From an uncultured archaeon (GTDB taxonomy: Archaea; Asgardarchaeota; Lokiarchaeia; Sigyniarchaeales; SOKP01): a stretch of 64,000 nt of DNA. The notes under the pieces were generated by a model. That model did not search any database. It saw nothing but the letters and a program-made list of their open reading frames with translations, and was not told where the DNA came from. Made by a program: the position numbers and the translations under genes. Position 1 is the first letter of the stretch. Every line of letters starts with the position of its first letter. Where the stretch lies: assembly GCA_964486045.1 (NCBI GenBank), contig CAZALK010000012.1, forward strand, positions 64,001 to 128,000, given 5' to 3'. This document shows, in pieces, positions 33,046 to 43,138 of this stretch.

Positions 33046-33902
33046 TGAGTATACTACAAAAATTTGAATTATTGTCAAAGAAAAAAAGTACTAACATAGG
33101 AATAGGATTAGGCACATCAGAATTACACAACCAAAAGATCTTAAAAGCATGTCTTGATTTTTTAGAAGATCACACGTCGAATATTTATATTTTTGGTAAT
33201 AAACGCTCTATAGTCGGTCTTAATAAACAAGATTTTACTGAAAAACACAAGCATAATGTAAATTTAATTGAATGCGAAGAAACTGAAAAGAAGATTTTTG
33301 AATCTCTTAAGAATAACTCGATCAATGCAATTATTAGGGGTTCTTTAAGTTCAAGCAGTTTCTTAGCAAATCTTAAAAAATCCTTAAGTGTAGAAAAAAT
33401 AAACAGATTGACGCTATTAGAAACGGTAAGTGGACACCAATTCTTCTATGGTCCTGTTGGTATTGATGAATGTAGGAACGTTGAGGAAAAGATCGAATTT
33501 ATTGAAAAAGCTTTAGGTGCATTCGAATTCTTAAATATCAATCCTATTGTAACCGTATTAAGTGGGGGGAGGCGGGGTGATATAGGAAGAGATGAAAAAG
33601 TTGATAAATCTATTAGAGACGGAGATAAAGTTGTGGAAATTTTGAAGAGGAAATATTCAAGTCTAATGATTAATCATCACGAAATATTAATTGAGAGTGC
33701 TATAATGAATAAGTCTAATTTAATCATAGCTCCTGAAGGAATCTCAGGAAATCTAATTTATAGAACTCTTGTTCACCTAGGTGGTGGAAAAGCTTATGGT
33801 GCCATTTATATGGGAACAAAAAAAGTAATTGTTGATACTTCTAGAGTTGGTGAAATTTCAGAAATTCAAGGAGCATTGCTTATAGCATTAGCTTTATCTT
33901 AA
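33045..33902 (+). CDS. mtxX: MtxX/methanogenesis marker protein 4-like (phosphate acyltransferase fold)
   Basis: IRGSLSS, PVGIDE, LSGGR.GD.GR, GISGNLIYRTL and VDTSR motifs. Confidence 0.82.
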   Translation: MSILQKFELLSKKKSTNIGIGLGTSELHNQKILKACLDFLEDHTSNIYIFGNKRSIVGLNKQDFTEKHKHNVNLIECEETEKKIFESLKNNSINAIIRGSLSSSSFLANLKKSLSVEKINRLTLLETVSGHQFFYGPVGIDECRNVEEKIEFIEKALGAFEFLNINPIVTVLSGGRRGDIGRDEKVDKSIRDGDKVVEILKRKYSSLMINHHEILIESAIMNKSNLIIAPEGISGNLIYRTLVHLGGGKAYGAIYMGTKKVIVDTSRVGEISEIQGALLIALALS

Positions 33903-33907
33903 GATTC

Positions 33908-34732
33908 TTATTTTATTAAATGAGGATCATTAACTAAACGATAATTTTCATTCAATTCATCCAGTTGAGATATATCTTCTTTGTTTAGAGTAAAATCAAA
34001 TATATCTGCATTTTCACGAAGGTGTTGCTTATTTCCTGATTTAGGTATTTCTATTATTTCATGGTGCAAACCCCATCGAATTAAGATTTGAGCAGGAGTC
34101 TTTTTATATTTCTGAGCAAAAGACCTTACTACTTTATTTTTAAATTTGCTTCCTCGCGTTAGAGGAGAATAAGCTTCTACAACAATTTTATGTGATTTAC
34201 AGTAATCCATTAACTCTTTTTGATATAAAAATGGGGAAAACTCAATTTGATTAACTGTAGGTATTATTTCTGAAATTTCGAATAATTCGTTTAAATGACG
34301 TATAGTAAAATTACTTACACCAATGGAACGAGACTTTTCACTTTCATATAGTTCTTCCAACGCTTTCCATGTTTCATTTCTTAATCCACTAACGGGCCAA
34401 TGAATAAGGTAGAGATCAATATACTCTACTTTTAACCGTTTCAAGCTCTTTTCAAAAGCACTTTGAGCGTTATTATAGCCTTGTTCGCTATTCCAAACTT
34501 TAGTTGTTAAAAATATCTCGTCACGAGGTATATCTGAATCTTTCAAAGCTTTCCCAATTTCAATTTCGTTTCTATAAAGTGATGCAGTGTCAATTAACCG
34601 ATATCCTAAATCTAATGACCATAAGACTGCTTGATATGCTTCTCTACCTCTAAGACCCCATGTCCCTAAGCCTAAACACGGAATCGCCACCCCATTATTC
34701 AACTTTTGTGTTGAATCGATGTTTAATTCCAT
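33908..34732 (-). CDS. Aldo/keto reductase
   Basis: IDTASLY, TKVW, DLYLIHWP, IGVSNF and IPKS motifs. Confidence 0.95.
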   Translation of the reverse strand: MELNIDSTQKLNNGVAIPCLGLGTWGLRGREAYQAVLWSLDLGYRLIDTASLYRNEIEIGKALKDSDIPRDEIFLTTKVWNSEQGYNNAQSAFEKSLKRLKVEYIDLYLIHWPVSGLRNETWKALEELYESEKSRSIGVSNFTIRHLNELFEISEIIPTVNQIEFSPFLYQKELMDYCKSHKIVVEAYSPLTRGSKFKNKVVRSFAQKYKKTPAQILIRWGLHHEIIEIPKSGNKQHLRENADIFDFTLNKEDISQLDELNENYRLVNDPHLIK

Positions 34733-34806
34733 ATCTTTACCTCGCTCTAATTTCTTAAGTATTATGTTGAGTTTTATTTAAAAAAAAGAGAAAAATTTAA
34801 TATTAA

Positions 34807-35106
34807 CTAACTAAGTGCACCTATTAGTGCTGCGATTAGAACTATTATTCCTCCTATCAATATTGCAAATATTAATAATAGGATTCCTAAAATTCCTAAC
34901 AAAGCTGGTGTGTAGTAAATTGGTCTAAATCCTAAAAGAATTATTAATACTGCGAAGAGCAACCCAAGAAGTCCACTTAATATACCAAAACCATATGGTA
35001 TTAATCCAAATCCTATTAATTCTAAAAAGGACTCTATTATAGCTACACAACCTCCAATTATTGCTGCAATTCGCATTAATTTATCTGATTCTTGAATTTC
35101 ACTCAT
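34807..35106 (-). CDS. Small Gly-rich membrane protein
   Basis: 99 aa, almost entirely hydrophobic. Confidence 0.7.
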   Translation of the reverse strand: MSEIQESDKLMRIAAIIGGCVAIIESFLELIGFGLIPYGFGILSGLLGLLFAVLIILLGFRPIYYTPALLGILGILLLIFAILIGGIIVLIAALIGALS

Positions 35107-35279
35107 ATTTTATCACAACATCAATTTATTTAGTTTTTAATAAAAAAGAAGATCAACACTATTTAAAAACTTATAAGAATTAGGAGATGTTTATTTTACT
35201 CAAATAAATTAATGATAATCATCACTACTAATTTAATCATTTTAAAAATTTTCATTTATTATTAAATTATTATTTAACT

Positions 35280-36803
35280 ATGCTTTCATCACAATTTCAG
35301 GAGCTCATTAAGACTTTAAAATCGGAACCCATATCTAAATTCATAAGCCTAGTGGATCAATTTACGGGAAATGAACCTTACAACCTTACAAATTCGAGAT
35401 ATTATAAACAATTCAGAACAAATCTTGAAAAAGCTTACTATGAAGCGATATCTGAGCGCCTTATCTCAATGAAAAATAATTTTCTTAAGTCGAAAGAGGA
35501 TGTTGCTCAGCTTTTTGATTATTCTGATAAGCTAGGCATCTTTGTTGACGTCTCCAACATCGATGCTGAGGGGATCATTAGTGAATTACATATAGATGGT
35601 CTTAAAAAAGGACTCAGAAGTAGAATTATTGAACTTGTTAGCTTTTTTAATAAATACAACTTATTCGAGAGAAATTTTACTGCTGATGAATTAAAATTAA
35701 TACAAGAAATTAAAGCTAACAACAAACTACTTGCTGTTAACTTAAAAGAACTATTTGGAACTGTCTCGGATTCTTTAGTTTTTTATGTCTGTAAAACATT
35801 ATCTTATGATTATGTGAAATGGATAAGAGATATGTTGAAAAACCCAAGGGAATACAGATTTGTGATGAATCCAAACTCTTTAAGAAACTGGACTGACGGG
35901 TATGTAATCTATGATTTAGTTGTTAGGAATTTAGGGAGTGTAGAAGAATTTATTAGAAAAGTTGAAGATAAACAAAAAGCAGCCAATCCACAGGATGACT
36001 TGATATTTTTAGAATTTAGTCCTGCTGACCATTATAGGATATATAGAGGTGGATTTCATAGGTTGAGTGAAATCCATATTGTTTACCCCGATATTATCAA
36101 AAAGTATAAAGCAAGAGTTTTGAATAAAGAAAACTATAATTTTTATAGTTTATCAATGGTGCTGATTGGGGGAACAGGCCCAGAGGGTCTAGGGTTTACC
36201 TACTCTACTCCTAAAGGTGAAGTCATTGAAATTTGCTCGGATCAGAAAGAAACCGAAGCTATTGTAATAAAATTCAAGCAATACCTAAAAAGAAAATTTT
36301 TAAATAAACTTGAGAAAGAGATGACTAGTTTACGTATAAACGTTGACATTAGAAACAGAGTTATCAAGTATTTGTCAGAAATTATTAATCCTAAAGTTGT
36401 AGTTAGTTATTATGATAAAAGCTCGATGATAAGAAAAATTCAAAATTATTTACTTCAAATTGAAGAATTTCAACACTTGGACGAATTAAAACTAACTAAA
36501 ATCATGGAAAAGATTTCTTTGGCAATTTCAGTCATTCTAAGAAGGATTAAACTTAAAGATCAATTCATGGCACGGATGGATCTAGTTGCTAAAGGTAAAT
36601 TAAAATCTGAAGATATAGCAAAACTAACAAGCTTAAGAGGAAAATCCCATTATAATGTCTTACAAGAAAGAATGTTTCTCCAAAACAAACCTAAATGGTT
36701 TTTCAAAAACTATCCAAAAGAAATACTAGAACTAGAAAGAGAATATGAAGAACTAAGGGATAAGGTTGATGAAAGACAAAGGTTATTAAATTTTGATTAT
36801 TAA
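35280..36803 (+). CDS. Uncharacterised protein, paralog 1 of 3
   Basis: Shares SMVL.GG.GP.GLGFTYSTP.GE..EICSD and AKLTSLRGKSH with the next two ORFs. Confidence 0.85.
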   Translation: MLSSQFQELIKTLKSEPISKFISLVDQFTGNEPYNLTNSRYYKQFRTNLEKAYYEAISERLISMKNNFLKSKEDVAQLFDYSDKLGIFVDVSNIDAEGIISELHIDGLKKGLRSRIIELVSFFNKYNLFERNFTADELKLIQEIKANNKLLAVNLKELFGTVSDSLVFYVCKTLSYDYVKWIRDMLKNPREYRFVMNPNSLRNWTDGYVIYDLVVRNLGSVEEFIRKVEDKQKAANPQDDLIFLEFSPADHYRIYRGGFHRLSEIHIVYPDIIKKYKARVLNKENYNFYSLSMVLIGGTGPEGLGFTYSTPKGEVIEICSDQKETEAIVIKFKQYLKRKFLNKLEKEMTSLRINVDIRNRVIKYLSEIINPKVVVSYYDKSSMIRKIQNYLLQIEEFQHLDELKLTKIMEKISLAISVILRRIKLKDQFMARMDLVAKGKLKSEDIAKLTSLRGKSHYNVLQERMFLQNKPKWFFKNYPKEILELEREYEELRDKVDERQRLLNFDY

Positions 36804-36943
36804 TATCAATATTATACAACTATATTGATTTAGAATATTTCATCAAATAAAGTTTTGTCATACCTTAATCTCTCATGAGTCAAAACATGAAGACAAATCA
36901 AAGGAAATCTTTGAGAGGTATTGTTATCGTTCGCTTTTAAAAT

Positions 36944-37129
36944 TTAAAATGTTTCTAGCATCGTTTACTTTAACTCCCTTATAATTGAGACATGATCTTC
37001 AGAACATATTTTCTCTTTGATGAAAATAATTGGTGGATGAAGTTTTCCATATTTTTCTCTGGTTTCTTTTGGGGTTGTGTCAATATAGCTTAAATCAACC
37101 TTCTCTTTGAATTCTGGAAATTCTTGGAA
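36944..37129 (-). pseudogene. Truncated, frameshifted copy of the thioredoxin-like gene at 40528-40806
   Basis: Translates QEFPEFKEKVDLSYID...KYGKLHPPIIFIKEKICSEDHVSIIK versus parent QKFPEFKDKVDLIYND...KYGELDQPVIFIDKKIFSEGYVPIIK. The CxxC-coding 5' end is missing, and there is a +1 G and a CAA>TAA change near the 3' end. Confidence 0.85.
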
Positions 37130-37181
37130 ATAATTTGAAAATTATCAAACCTAATCGGATTAAATAAAAAGCACATACCTC

Positions 37182-37245
37182 TTAATTTTAATAATCAATT
37201 AGAAATAAATTTTAATATAAAAATTGATATTGTAATATTGTTTAC
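37182..37245 (+). repeat. 64-nt upstream region duplicated at 38790-38853
   Basis: 63/64 identical by direct comparison. Confidence 0.9.
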
Positions 37246-37247
37246 TA

Positions 37248-38726
37248 ATGCTTTCGATTCAATTTCAAGAACTTCTGAAAACAATTGAAACAGGGGAGAT
37301 CTCTCAATTTGAAGACTTTTTCTTATTCTATAAAGAAATGGAATTCTTAGATTTGTCGAGTTTAGATGATTTTGACAAAATTACTGATAATACCGAAAAA
37401 TGCTATTATTTAGCTCTCTCGAAATTCATTGCAACATTAAGGTTTCATGATTTTAGCCAGTTATTTAATTACTCTGATAAATTGGGATTTTTTATTGAAG
37501 TTAAAAAGATTCCCTTTAGATTTAAAATTATAGCAAGACTACATTTAGACGGAATGCAAAGAGGGATAATAGGGAGGATCTTCGAAATTATCCGATTTTT
37601 TAATAAATATAATTTATTTGAAAGAAATTTATCTTTGAAGGAATTAAGAGTAATTGAAGATATTAGAAAAAAAGATAAACCATTGATTGCTAATTTAAGG
37701 GATAATTTTGGAATAGTATCAAATTCTCTAATATATTATTCATGCAAAATTATGCCTTATGATCTTCTTTTATCAAATGAAGAAAGAGTAAGATATCTTC
37801 TAAATAATCCTGAATATCGGGCAAAGTTTAGAGGTAGATACAGTTTAAATTATTTAAAAACGTTTACTGATTATTATTCAATGTATGGATTAAGTGTGAG
37901 GAATTTAGGCTCTATTCAACATTTTATTGATAACTTCGAAAAGAATTATGACGGTCGTAATAAATTACTAGAATTTAATATCATATACCAAACCTTCTAT
38001 TTTGGTGATGATGAAGATCATGAATTTCATGAAATAAAAAAGCATTTTGTGTCTCCAGAGAACATTTTAAAAAACAAGGATAAAATTCTGGAGGGGAATA
38101 ATTATAATTTTTATAGTATCTCTATGGTACTTCTTGGTGGCTTAGGTCCACAAGGTTTAGGGTTCACTTACTCCACTCCAAGAGGAGAAATTGTTGAAAT
38201 TTGTTCAGATCAAAAAGAAAATGAAGCTATTATCATAAAATTCAAGCAGTATTTAAAAAGAAAGTTCTTAGCTAAATTAAAAAAAGAAATGGGGAAGTTA
38301 GGTATTGAGGCTGATGTCAGAAAGAAAGTATTAGATTATTTATCAACCATACTTAATCCCAAAAATTTAATAAGCTATTATGATAAAGATCTGATTTTAA
38401 ATAAAATAAGAAAATTCCTTTTTCAGATTGATGAATTTAAACAAAATTACAAATCAGAATTAAATGAAATTATATTTAAAATAACTAAAGCTGTTTCTAT
38501 TATCCTTAGAGATATCAAACTTAGAGATCAATTCATCACACGCATGGATTTGGTTCAAGAGGGTAAAATTAAATCTGAGGATATCGCTAAACTAACAAGC
38601 CTAAGAGGAAAATCTCACCATGATGTTTTAAAGGAACGATTTTTCTTTCAAAATGAAATTAATTGGTTTTTCAATGATTATTCTAATGAAATAAAAGTTC
38701 TGGAAGAAAAATTTTTAACTTTATAA
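37248..38726 (+). CDS. Uncharacterised protein, paralog 2 of 3
   Basis: Highly similar to 38856-40364. Confidence 0.85.
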   Translation: MLSIQFQELLKTIETGEISQFEDFFLFYKEMEFLDLSSLDDFDKITDNTEKCYYLALSKFIATLRFHDFSQLFNYSDKLGFFIEVKKIPFRFKIIARLHLDGMQRGIIGRIFEIIRFFNKYNLFERNLSLKELRVIEDIRKKDKPLIANLRDNFGIVSNSLIYYSCKIMPYDLLLSNEERVRYLLNNPEYRAKFRGRYSLNYLKTFTDYYSMYGLSVRNLGSIQHFIDNFEKNYDGRNKLLEFNIIYQTFYFGDDEDHEFHEIKKHFVSPENILKNKDKILEGNNYNFYSISMVLLGGLGPQGLGFTYSTPRGEIVEICSDQKENEAIIIKFKQYLKRKFLAKLKKEMGKLGIEADVRKKVLDYLSTILNPKNLISYYDKDLILNKIRKFLFQIDEFKQNYKSELNEIIFKITKAVSIILRDIKLRDQFITRMDLVQEGKIKSEDIAKLTSLRGKSHHDVLKERFFFQNEINWFFNDYSNEIKVLEEKFLTL

Positions 38727-38746
38727 AAAAACATTGAAATGATGAG

Positions 38747-38769
38747 TGGGAGAGGGCGACCGGGGATTT
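38747..38769 (-). repeat. Degenerate copy of the 3' end of tRNA-Pro
   Basis: tgggagaggg-cgacc-ggggattt versus tgggagaggggggattt at 40385-40401, at a similar distance after the paralog stop codon. Confidence 0.7.
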
Positions 38770-38789
38770 AGATAAAAAGTTTTAATATT

Positions 38790-38853
38790 TTAATTTTAAT
38801 AATCAATTAGAAATAAATTTTAATATAAAAATTGTTATTGTAATATTGTTTAC
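38790..38853 (+). repeat. Second copy of the 64-nt upstream region
   Basis: Matches 37182-37245. Confidence 0.9.
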
Positions 38854-38855
38854 CC

Positions 38856-40364
38856 ATGCTTTCGGTCCAATTTCTAGAACTTATTAAAACAATTGAAAAA
38901 GGAGAACTCTCTCAATTCGAAGACTTTTGCTTATACTATAAAGAAATGAAATTCTTAAGTTTGCCTGACTCAGAAGATTTCGACAAAATTTCTAATAATA
39001 GAGAGAAATGTTATTATCTAGCTCTCTCTAAATTGCTTTCACTATTATCTTTATACAGCGGTACTAATAAGGAATTGAGAAGATTTAATGAATTTAGCCA
39101 GTTGGTCAATGATTCTGATAAGTTAGGGATATTTATTGAAGTCAAAAAAATTCCTTTTAGATTTAAAATTCTCGCAGAATTGCATTTAGACGGTATTCAA
39201 AAAGGTCTGAGATGGAGGATTTTTGAGTTTATTCGATTTTTTAACAAATACAATTTATTTGAGAGAAATTTTTCTAAAGATGAGATTGAAATCGTTAAAG
39301 ATATAAGAAAAAATGATAAACCTCTTATTGCTAATTTAAAAGATTTATTTAGCAGTGTATCAGATTCATTAATTTTTTACTCATGTAAAATCATGCCCTA
39401 TGATCTTTATTTAATGTATGTAGGAAGATTTAATGGATTTTTACGTAATGGTGAAAACTCCGGAATAAGAGGGGGATATGATATAAACTTTCTAAAAAAC
39501 TGGACCGATTGGGCTTCATTTTATGGATTAAGTGTAAGAAATTTAGGTTCCATACAGGAATTTATAAATAACTTCGAAGAGAATTATGATGGCAAGAAGA
39601 AAGTGCTAGAATTTAATATCATATACAGAACCTTTTATTTTGGTGATGATGAGGATCATGAGTTCCATGAGTATAAAAAACATTTTGTGTCCCCACAGAA
39701 CATTTTAAAAAATAAAGAAAAAATATTGGAAAAAGATAATTATAAATTTTACAGTCTTTCTATGGTTCTTCGTGGTGGGTTAGGTCCGCAAGGATTAGGA
39801 TTCACATATTCTACCCCCAGAGGAGAAATTATTGAAATATGTTCAGATCGGAAAGAAAATGAAGCTATCATCATAAAATTCAAGCAGTACTTAAAAAGAA
39901 AATTTTTATCTAAATTAGAAAAAGAGATGGAGAAGTTAGGCATCAAAACTGATGTTAGAAAGAAAATATTAAACTATTTGTCAACAATACTTCATCCAAA
40001 AAATTTAATCAGCTATTATGATAAAGATCTGATTTTAAACAAAATAAGAAAGTTTGTTTATGAGATTGATGAATTTAAACAGAATTATGAATTGTCAATT
40101 CAAGATGTTATTGATAAAATATCAAAAGCTGTTTCTATAATCCTTAGAAACATCAAAGTTAGAGATCAATTCATAACACGGATGGATTTGGTTGAAAAAG
40201 GCAAAATAAAATCGGAAGATGTCGCAAAATTAACAAGTCTAAGAGGAAAGTCTCATTATGATGTTTTAAGGGAAAGATTTTTCTTTCAAAATGAAGTTAA
40301 TTGGTTTTTCGATGACTATTCTGAGGAAATAAAAGAACTTGAACAGAAATTTTTATTATTATAG
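38856..40364 (+). CDS. Uncharacterised protein, paralog 3 of 3
   Basis: Same conserved motifs as paralogs 1 and 2. Confidence 0.85.
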   Translation: MLSVQFLELIKTIEKGELSQFEDFCLYYKEMKFLSLPDSEDFDKISNNREKCYYLALSKLLSLLSLYSGTNKELRRFNEFSQLVNDSDKLGIFIEVKKIPFRFKILAELHLDGIQKGLRWRIFEFIRFFNKYNLFERNFSKDEIEIVKDIRKNDKPLIANLKDLFSSVSDSLIFYSCKIMPYDLYLMYVGRFNGFLRNGENSGIRGGYDINFLKNWTDWASFYGLSVRNLGSIQEFINNFEENYDGKKKVLEFNIIYRTFYFGDDEDHEFHEYKKHFVSPQNILKNKEKILEKDNYKFYSLSMVLRGGLGPQGLGFTYSTPRGEIIEICSDRKENEAIIIKFKQYLKRKFLSKLEKEMEKLGIKTDVRKKILNYLSTILHPKNLISYYDKDLILNKIRKFVYEIDEFKQNYELSIQDVIDKISKAVSIILRNIKVRDQFITRMDLVEKGKIKSEDVAKLTSLRGKSHYDVLRERFFFQNEVNWFFDDYSEEIKELEQKFLLL

Positions 40365-40384
40365 GAAAAAAATGAATTGATTAA

Positions 40385-40488
40385 TGGGAGAGGGGGGATT
40401 TGAACCCCCGACCATTACCTGATCGCTTAAACCTTAAGAAATCTCTCGGCCCCCAGCCGAGTATCATACCAAGCTAGACTACCCTCCC
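40385..40488 (-). tRNA. tRNA-Pro(GGG) with a 30-nt non-canonical intron (about 40415-40444)
   Basis: Acceptor stem GGGAGGG/CTCTCCC, anticodon arm CTCGG-CTGGGGG-CCGAG and T arm GGGGG-TTCAAAT-CCCCC; 35 nt lie where a 5-nt variable loop is expected. Confidence 0.93.
40415..40444 (-). other. 30-nt tRNA intron at about position 43/44, relaxed BHB
   Basis: Intron hairpin GATTTCTTAA/TTAAGCGATC, bulges AG|A and AA|T, imperfect central helix GCCG/AGGT. Confidence 0.78.
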
Positions 40489-40527
40489 ATATTTAAGATT
40501 GGCAAGTCTATTTCAAATAATAAGCTT

Positions 40528-40806
40528 TTAAAGTGATTCCAATATCGTTTGTTTTAACTCCTTTATAATAGGAACATAACCTTCAGAAAAGATTTTCTTA
40601 TCAATGAAAATAACTGGTTGATCAAGTTCTCCATACTTATCTTTAATTTCTATCGAGGTTACGTCATTATATATTAAATCAACTTTATCTTTGAATTCTG
40701 GGAATTTTTGGGACATTTTATCAATTAATTCCTTAGCTTTATAACATTTCGAGCACCAATTTTCTTTGTTACCCTTTAAAAACACTTTAACTGCGAGTTT
40801 ATTCAT
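40528..40806 (-). CDS. Thioredoxin/glutaredoxin-like protein
   Basis: WCSKC motif and cis-Pro region QPVIFID. Confidence 0.8.
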   Translation of the reverse strand: MNKLAVKVFLKGNKENWCSKCYKAKELIDKMSQKFPEFKDKVDLIYNDVTSIEIKDKYGELDQPVIFIDKKIFSEGYVPIIKELKQTILESL

Positions 40807-41101
40807 ATCTAAAAACCATTATAATTGCAAAATTTTCTATTATTTATTTAAACATTCAATAAATCTAAAAATTTATCTTTTATCAGAAATCACAATGACA
40901 AATAATAATCAAGTTGCCTTTAACGAAGATTTACCAAGAGCAGGATCAGCACTATATAACCTTAACTTAAACATAAAAGATTAGCGAAATTTCTATTTGG
41001 CTCGAAACCAGAAATAGATAATCCTAATACAATTAATTTCAAAAATATTCTAGATACTCTAGTAATCGTAAGATTATATCATGAAAATGAATAAATTGAT
41101 A

Positions 41102-42652
41102 TTAAGAATTGAAAATCTTACCAGATTTTTGTTCTTCCTCTTCTCTTAATGGTTGTTTCTGAATTTTTCCTGTTGATGTTGTCTGCAATGTATCTCTAAA
41201 TTCCACATCTTTTGGAATCTTGAAATCCGCTAAATTTTTTTTGCAGAATTCTATGATTTCTTCAGCAGACGCGGTTGTCCCTTCCTTCAATACAACAAAA
41301 GCTTTCGGAAGTTCGCCATATATCTTATCTCGCACTCCAATCACTGTTGCTAGCGATACAGATGGATGTGAATAAAGAACCTCTTCAATTTCTCTTGGAT
41401 ATATATTTTCACCACCCCTAATTATCATATCTTTTTTACGATCTGTTATGAAGAAGAATCCATCTTCGTCCATATGACCAATATCTCCTGTATATAGCCA
41501 TCCATCTTTAAGTGTTTTAGCGTTTGCTTCAGGGTTCTTGAAGTACTCCTTCATTACGTTATCGCCTTTAACAAGAATCTCCCCTTTAGTATTTGAAGGT
41601 AGATCATTACTTTTTTCATCTACAATTTTCATTTCATTACCCGGTATAGGTAATCCAATACTTCCTATTTTACGTCTATCTTCTGATTCCGTTGGTAAGG
41701 GATTTACAGAAGAAACACAGGTACCTTCTGTAAGACCAAAACCTTCAACAATTTTACAATTAAATGTTGCTTCGAATTCTTTAAATACTTCAATTGGGAG
41801 TGGTGCGGCTCCACAAATCACAAATTTTAAAGAAGACAAATCTAAATTTTCATGTGGCATTTTAAGTAAGATAGAAAGCACTGTCGGAACAGCACTGAAA
41901 GTTGAAGCTTTATACTTAGCTACCGTTTCCCAGTGAGTTTTGGCTGAAAAACCAGGAGTTAAAATACAGCTAGCTCCTGCTAAGAGAGGAGTCATAACAG
42001 TCACAATTTGAGCGTTCACATGGAATAATGGTAAAATTAGCATGAATCGAAAGTCTTTGCTAGCTTTTAAGAAATCTTGTAACATTTCAGCATTTCTACG
42101 TATATTGAAATGAGTTTGCAATACACCTTTTGGAAAGCCAGTTGTTCCAGAAGTATAGAGGATTGCAGCTATATCTTCTTTCTCGTTAATCTCTACTTTA
42201 GGTGGAGCTTGACTTGATGCGTTTTCCATCAAGTTCCAAAAGTTAAGGCTTTTCCCCTCATAATCCCCTATAACTATTATATTTTTCAGATCGGGGAGAT
42301 CATTCTTTATCTCATTAACTGCTTCCATGAATTGAGGAATAGTGACAATAGCTTTAGCTTCAGAATGACCCACAACAAATTTTACTTCTCGTGGTTTAAA
42401 TAATGCATTTACAGGACCAGTCACTGCACCAATTTTAGGAATTCCTAAGTAAAGGTACACAAATTCTGGCATATTTGGTAGATAAACACTTACTTTATCT
42501 CCTTTTCTTATACCTAAATCGTATAACAAGTTTGCTACTTTATTTGAAAGTTCATTCAGTTGCTTAAAAGATACTGTTTCATCTTCCCAATATAAAAATA
42601 CTTTATCTCCATGTGTTTCCGCTTGCTTTTCAACAAACTCTCTTAAGTTCAT
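41102..42652 (-). CDS. Long-chain fatty acid--CoA ligase (ANL family)
   Basis: YTSGTTGFPKG, GFGLTE, TGDIG and TGKIQK motifs. Confidence 0.93.
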   Translation of the reverse strand: MNLREFVEKQAETHGDKVFLYWEDETVSFKQLNELSNKVANLLYDLGIRKGDKVSVYLPNMPEFVYLYLGIPKIGAVTGPVNALFKPREVKFVVGHSEAKAIVTIPQFMEAVNEIKNDLPDLKNIIVIGDYEGKSLNFWNLMENASSQAPPKVEINEKEDIAAILYTSGTTGFPKGVLQTHFNIRRNAEMLQDFLKASKDFRFMLILPLFHVNAQIVTVMTPLLAGASCILTPGFSAKTHWETVAKYKASTFSAVPTVLSILLKMPHENLDLSSLKFVICGAAPLPIEVFKEFEATFNCKIVEGFGLTEGTCVSSVNPLPTESEDRRKIGSIGLPIPGNEMKIVDEKSNDLPSNTKGEILVKGDNVMKEYFKNPEANAKTLKDGWLYTGDIGHMDEDGFFFITDRKKDMIIRGGENIYPREIEEVLYSHPSVSLATVIGVRDKIYGELPKAFVVLKEGTTASAEEIIEFCKKNLADFKIPKDVEFRDTLQTTSTGKIQKQPLREEEEQKSGKIFNS

Positions 42653-42831
42653 ATTCCTTCCCTCTTTTCCAAATTTATAAAATTTCTGTTTAATTAAAAT
42701 TTAAATCATGAATACCTTTAATTCTAACTGAAAATTCAAGATGCTATAATTTTTACTAATAATTTTTATATTAGTTAAAGAGTTTTTTATCATATTGTTT
42801 TTTCTATAAAACTCACGTATTTAGTAATTTT

Positions 42832-43128
42832 ATGAGATCTCGAAAGCCTTTCTTAATTTTTTGGCCTCAATACTTTGACGGGAAGAGAAGTCGAAGTAAA
42901 GGGAGAAGATTACCAAAAAAATTTGCTATAGAAAAAGTCACTACCAGTGATATTGCCAAAGCAGCTAAGAATATAGGATATAATGCTGTTATTGAACAAG
43001 GATATAAATATTCTAGGACATGGTGGGATGACCCTGGTAGGGTCGTTATGGATGCAAAAGGAAAAAAAAAATCTAAAATTTTGCTTGAACTTGCCAAAGA
43101 ACTTAGAAAAATACAATCAAAAACATAA
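42832..43128 (+). CDS. srp19: Signal recognition particle protein SRP19
   Basis: IFWPQYFD..RSRSKGRRLPK...YSR.WW...GRV...KSKIL. Confidence 0.93.
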   Translation: MRSRKPFLIFWPQYFDGKRSRSKGRRLPKKFAIEKVTTSDIAKAAKNIGYNAVIEQGYKYSRTWWDDPGRVVMDAKGKKKSKILLELAKELRKIQSKT

Positions 43129-43138
43129 TTGATTTATC

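Noticed and set aside
40907-40975. Minus-strand MFKLRLYSADPALGKSSL resembling a small-GTPase P-loop
   Set aside because: Stops after about 21 codons and lacks the other G motifs.
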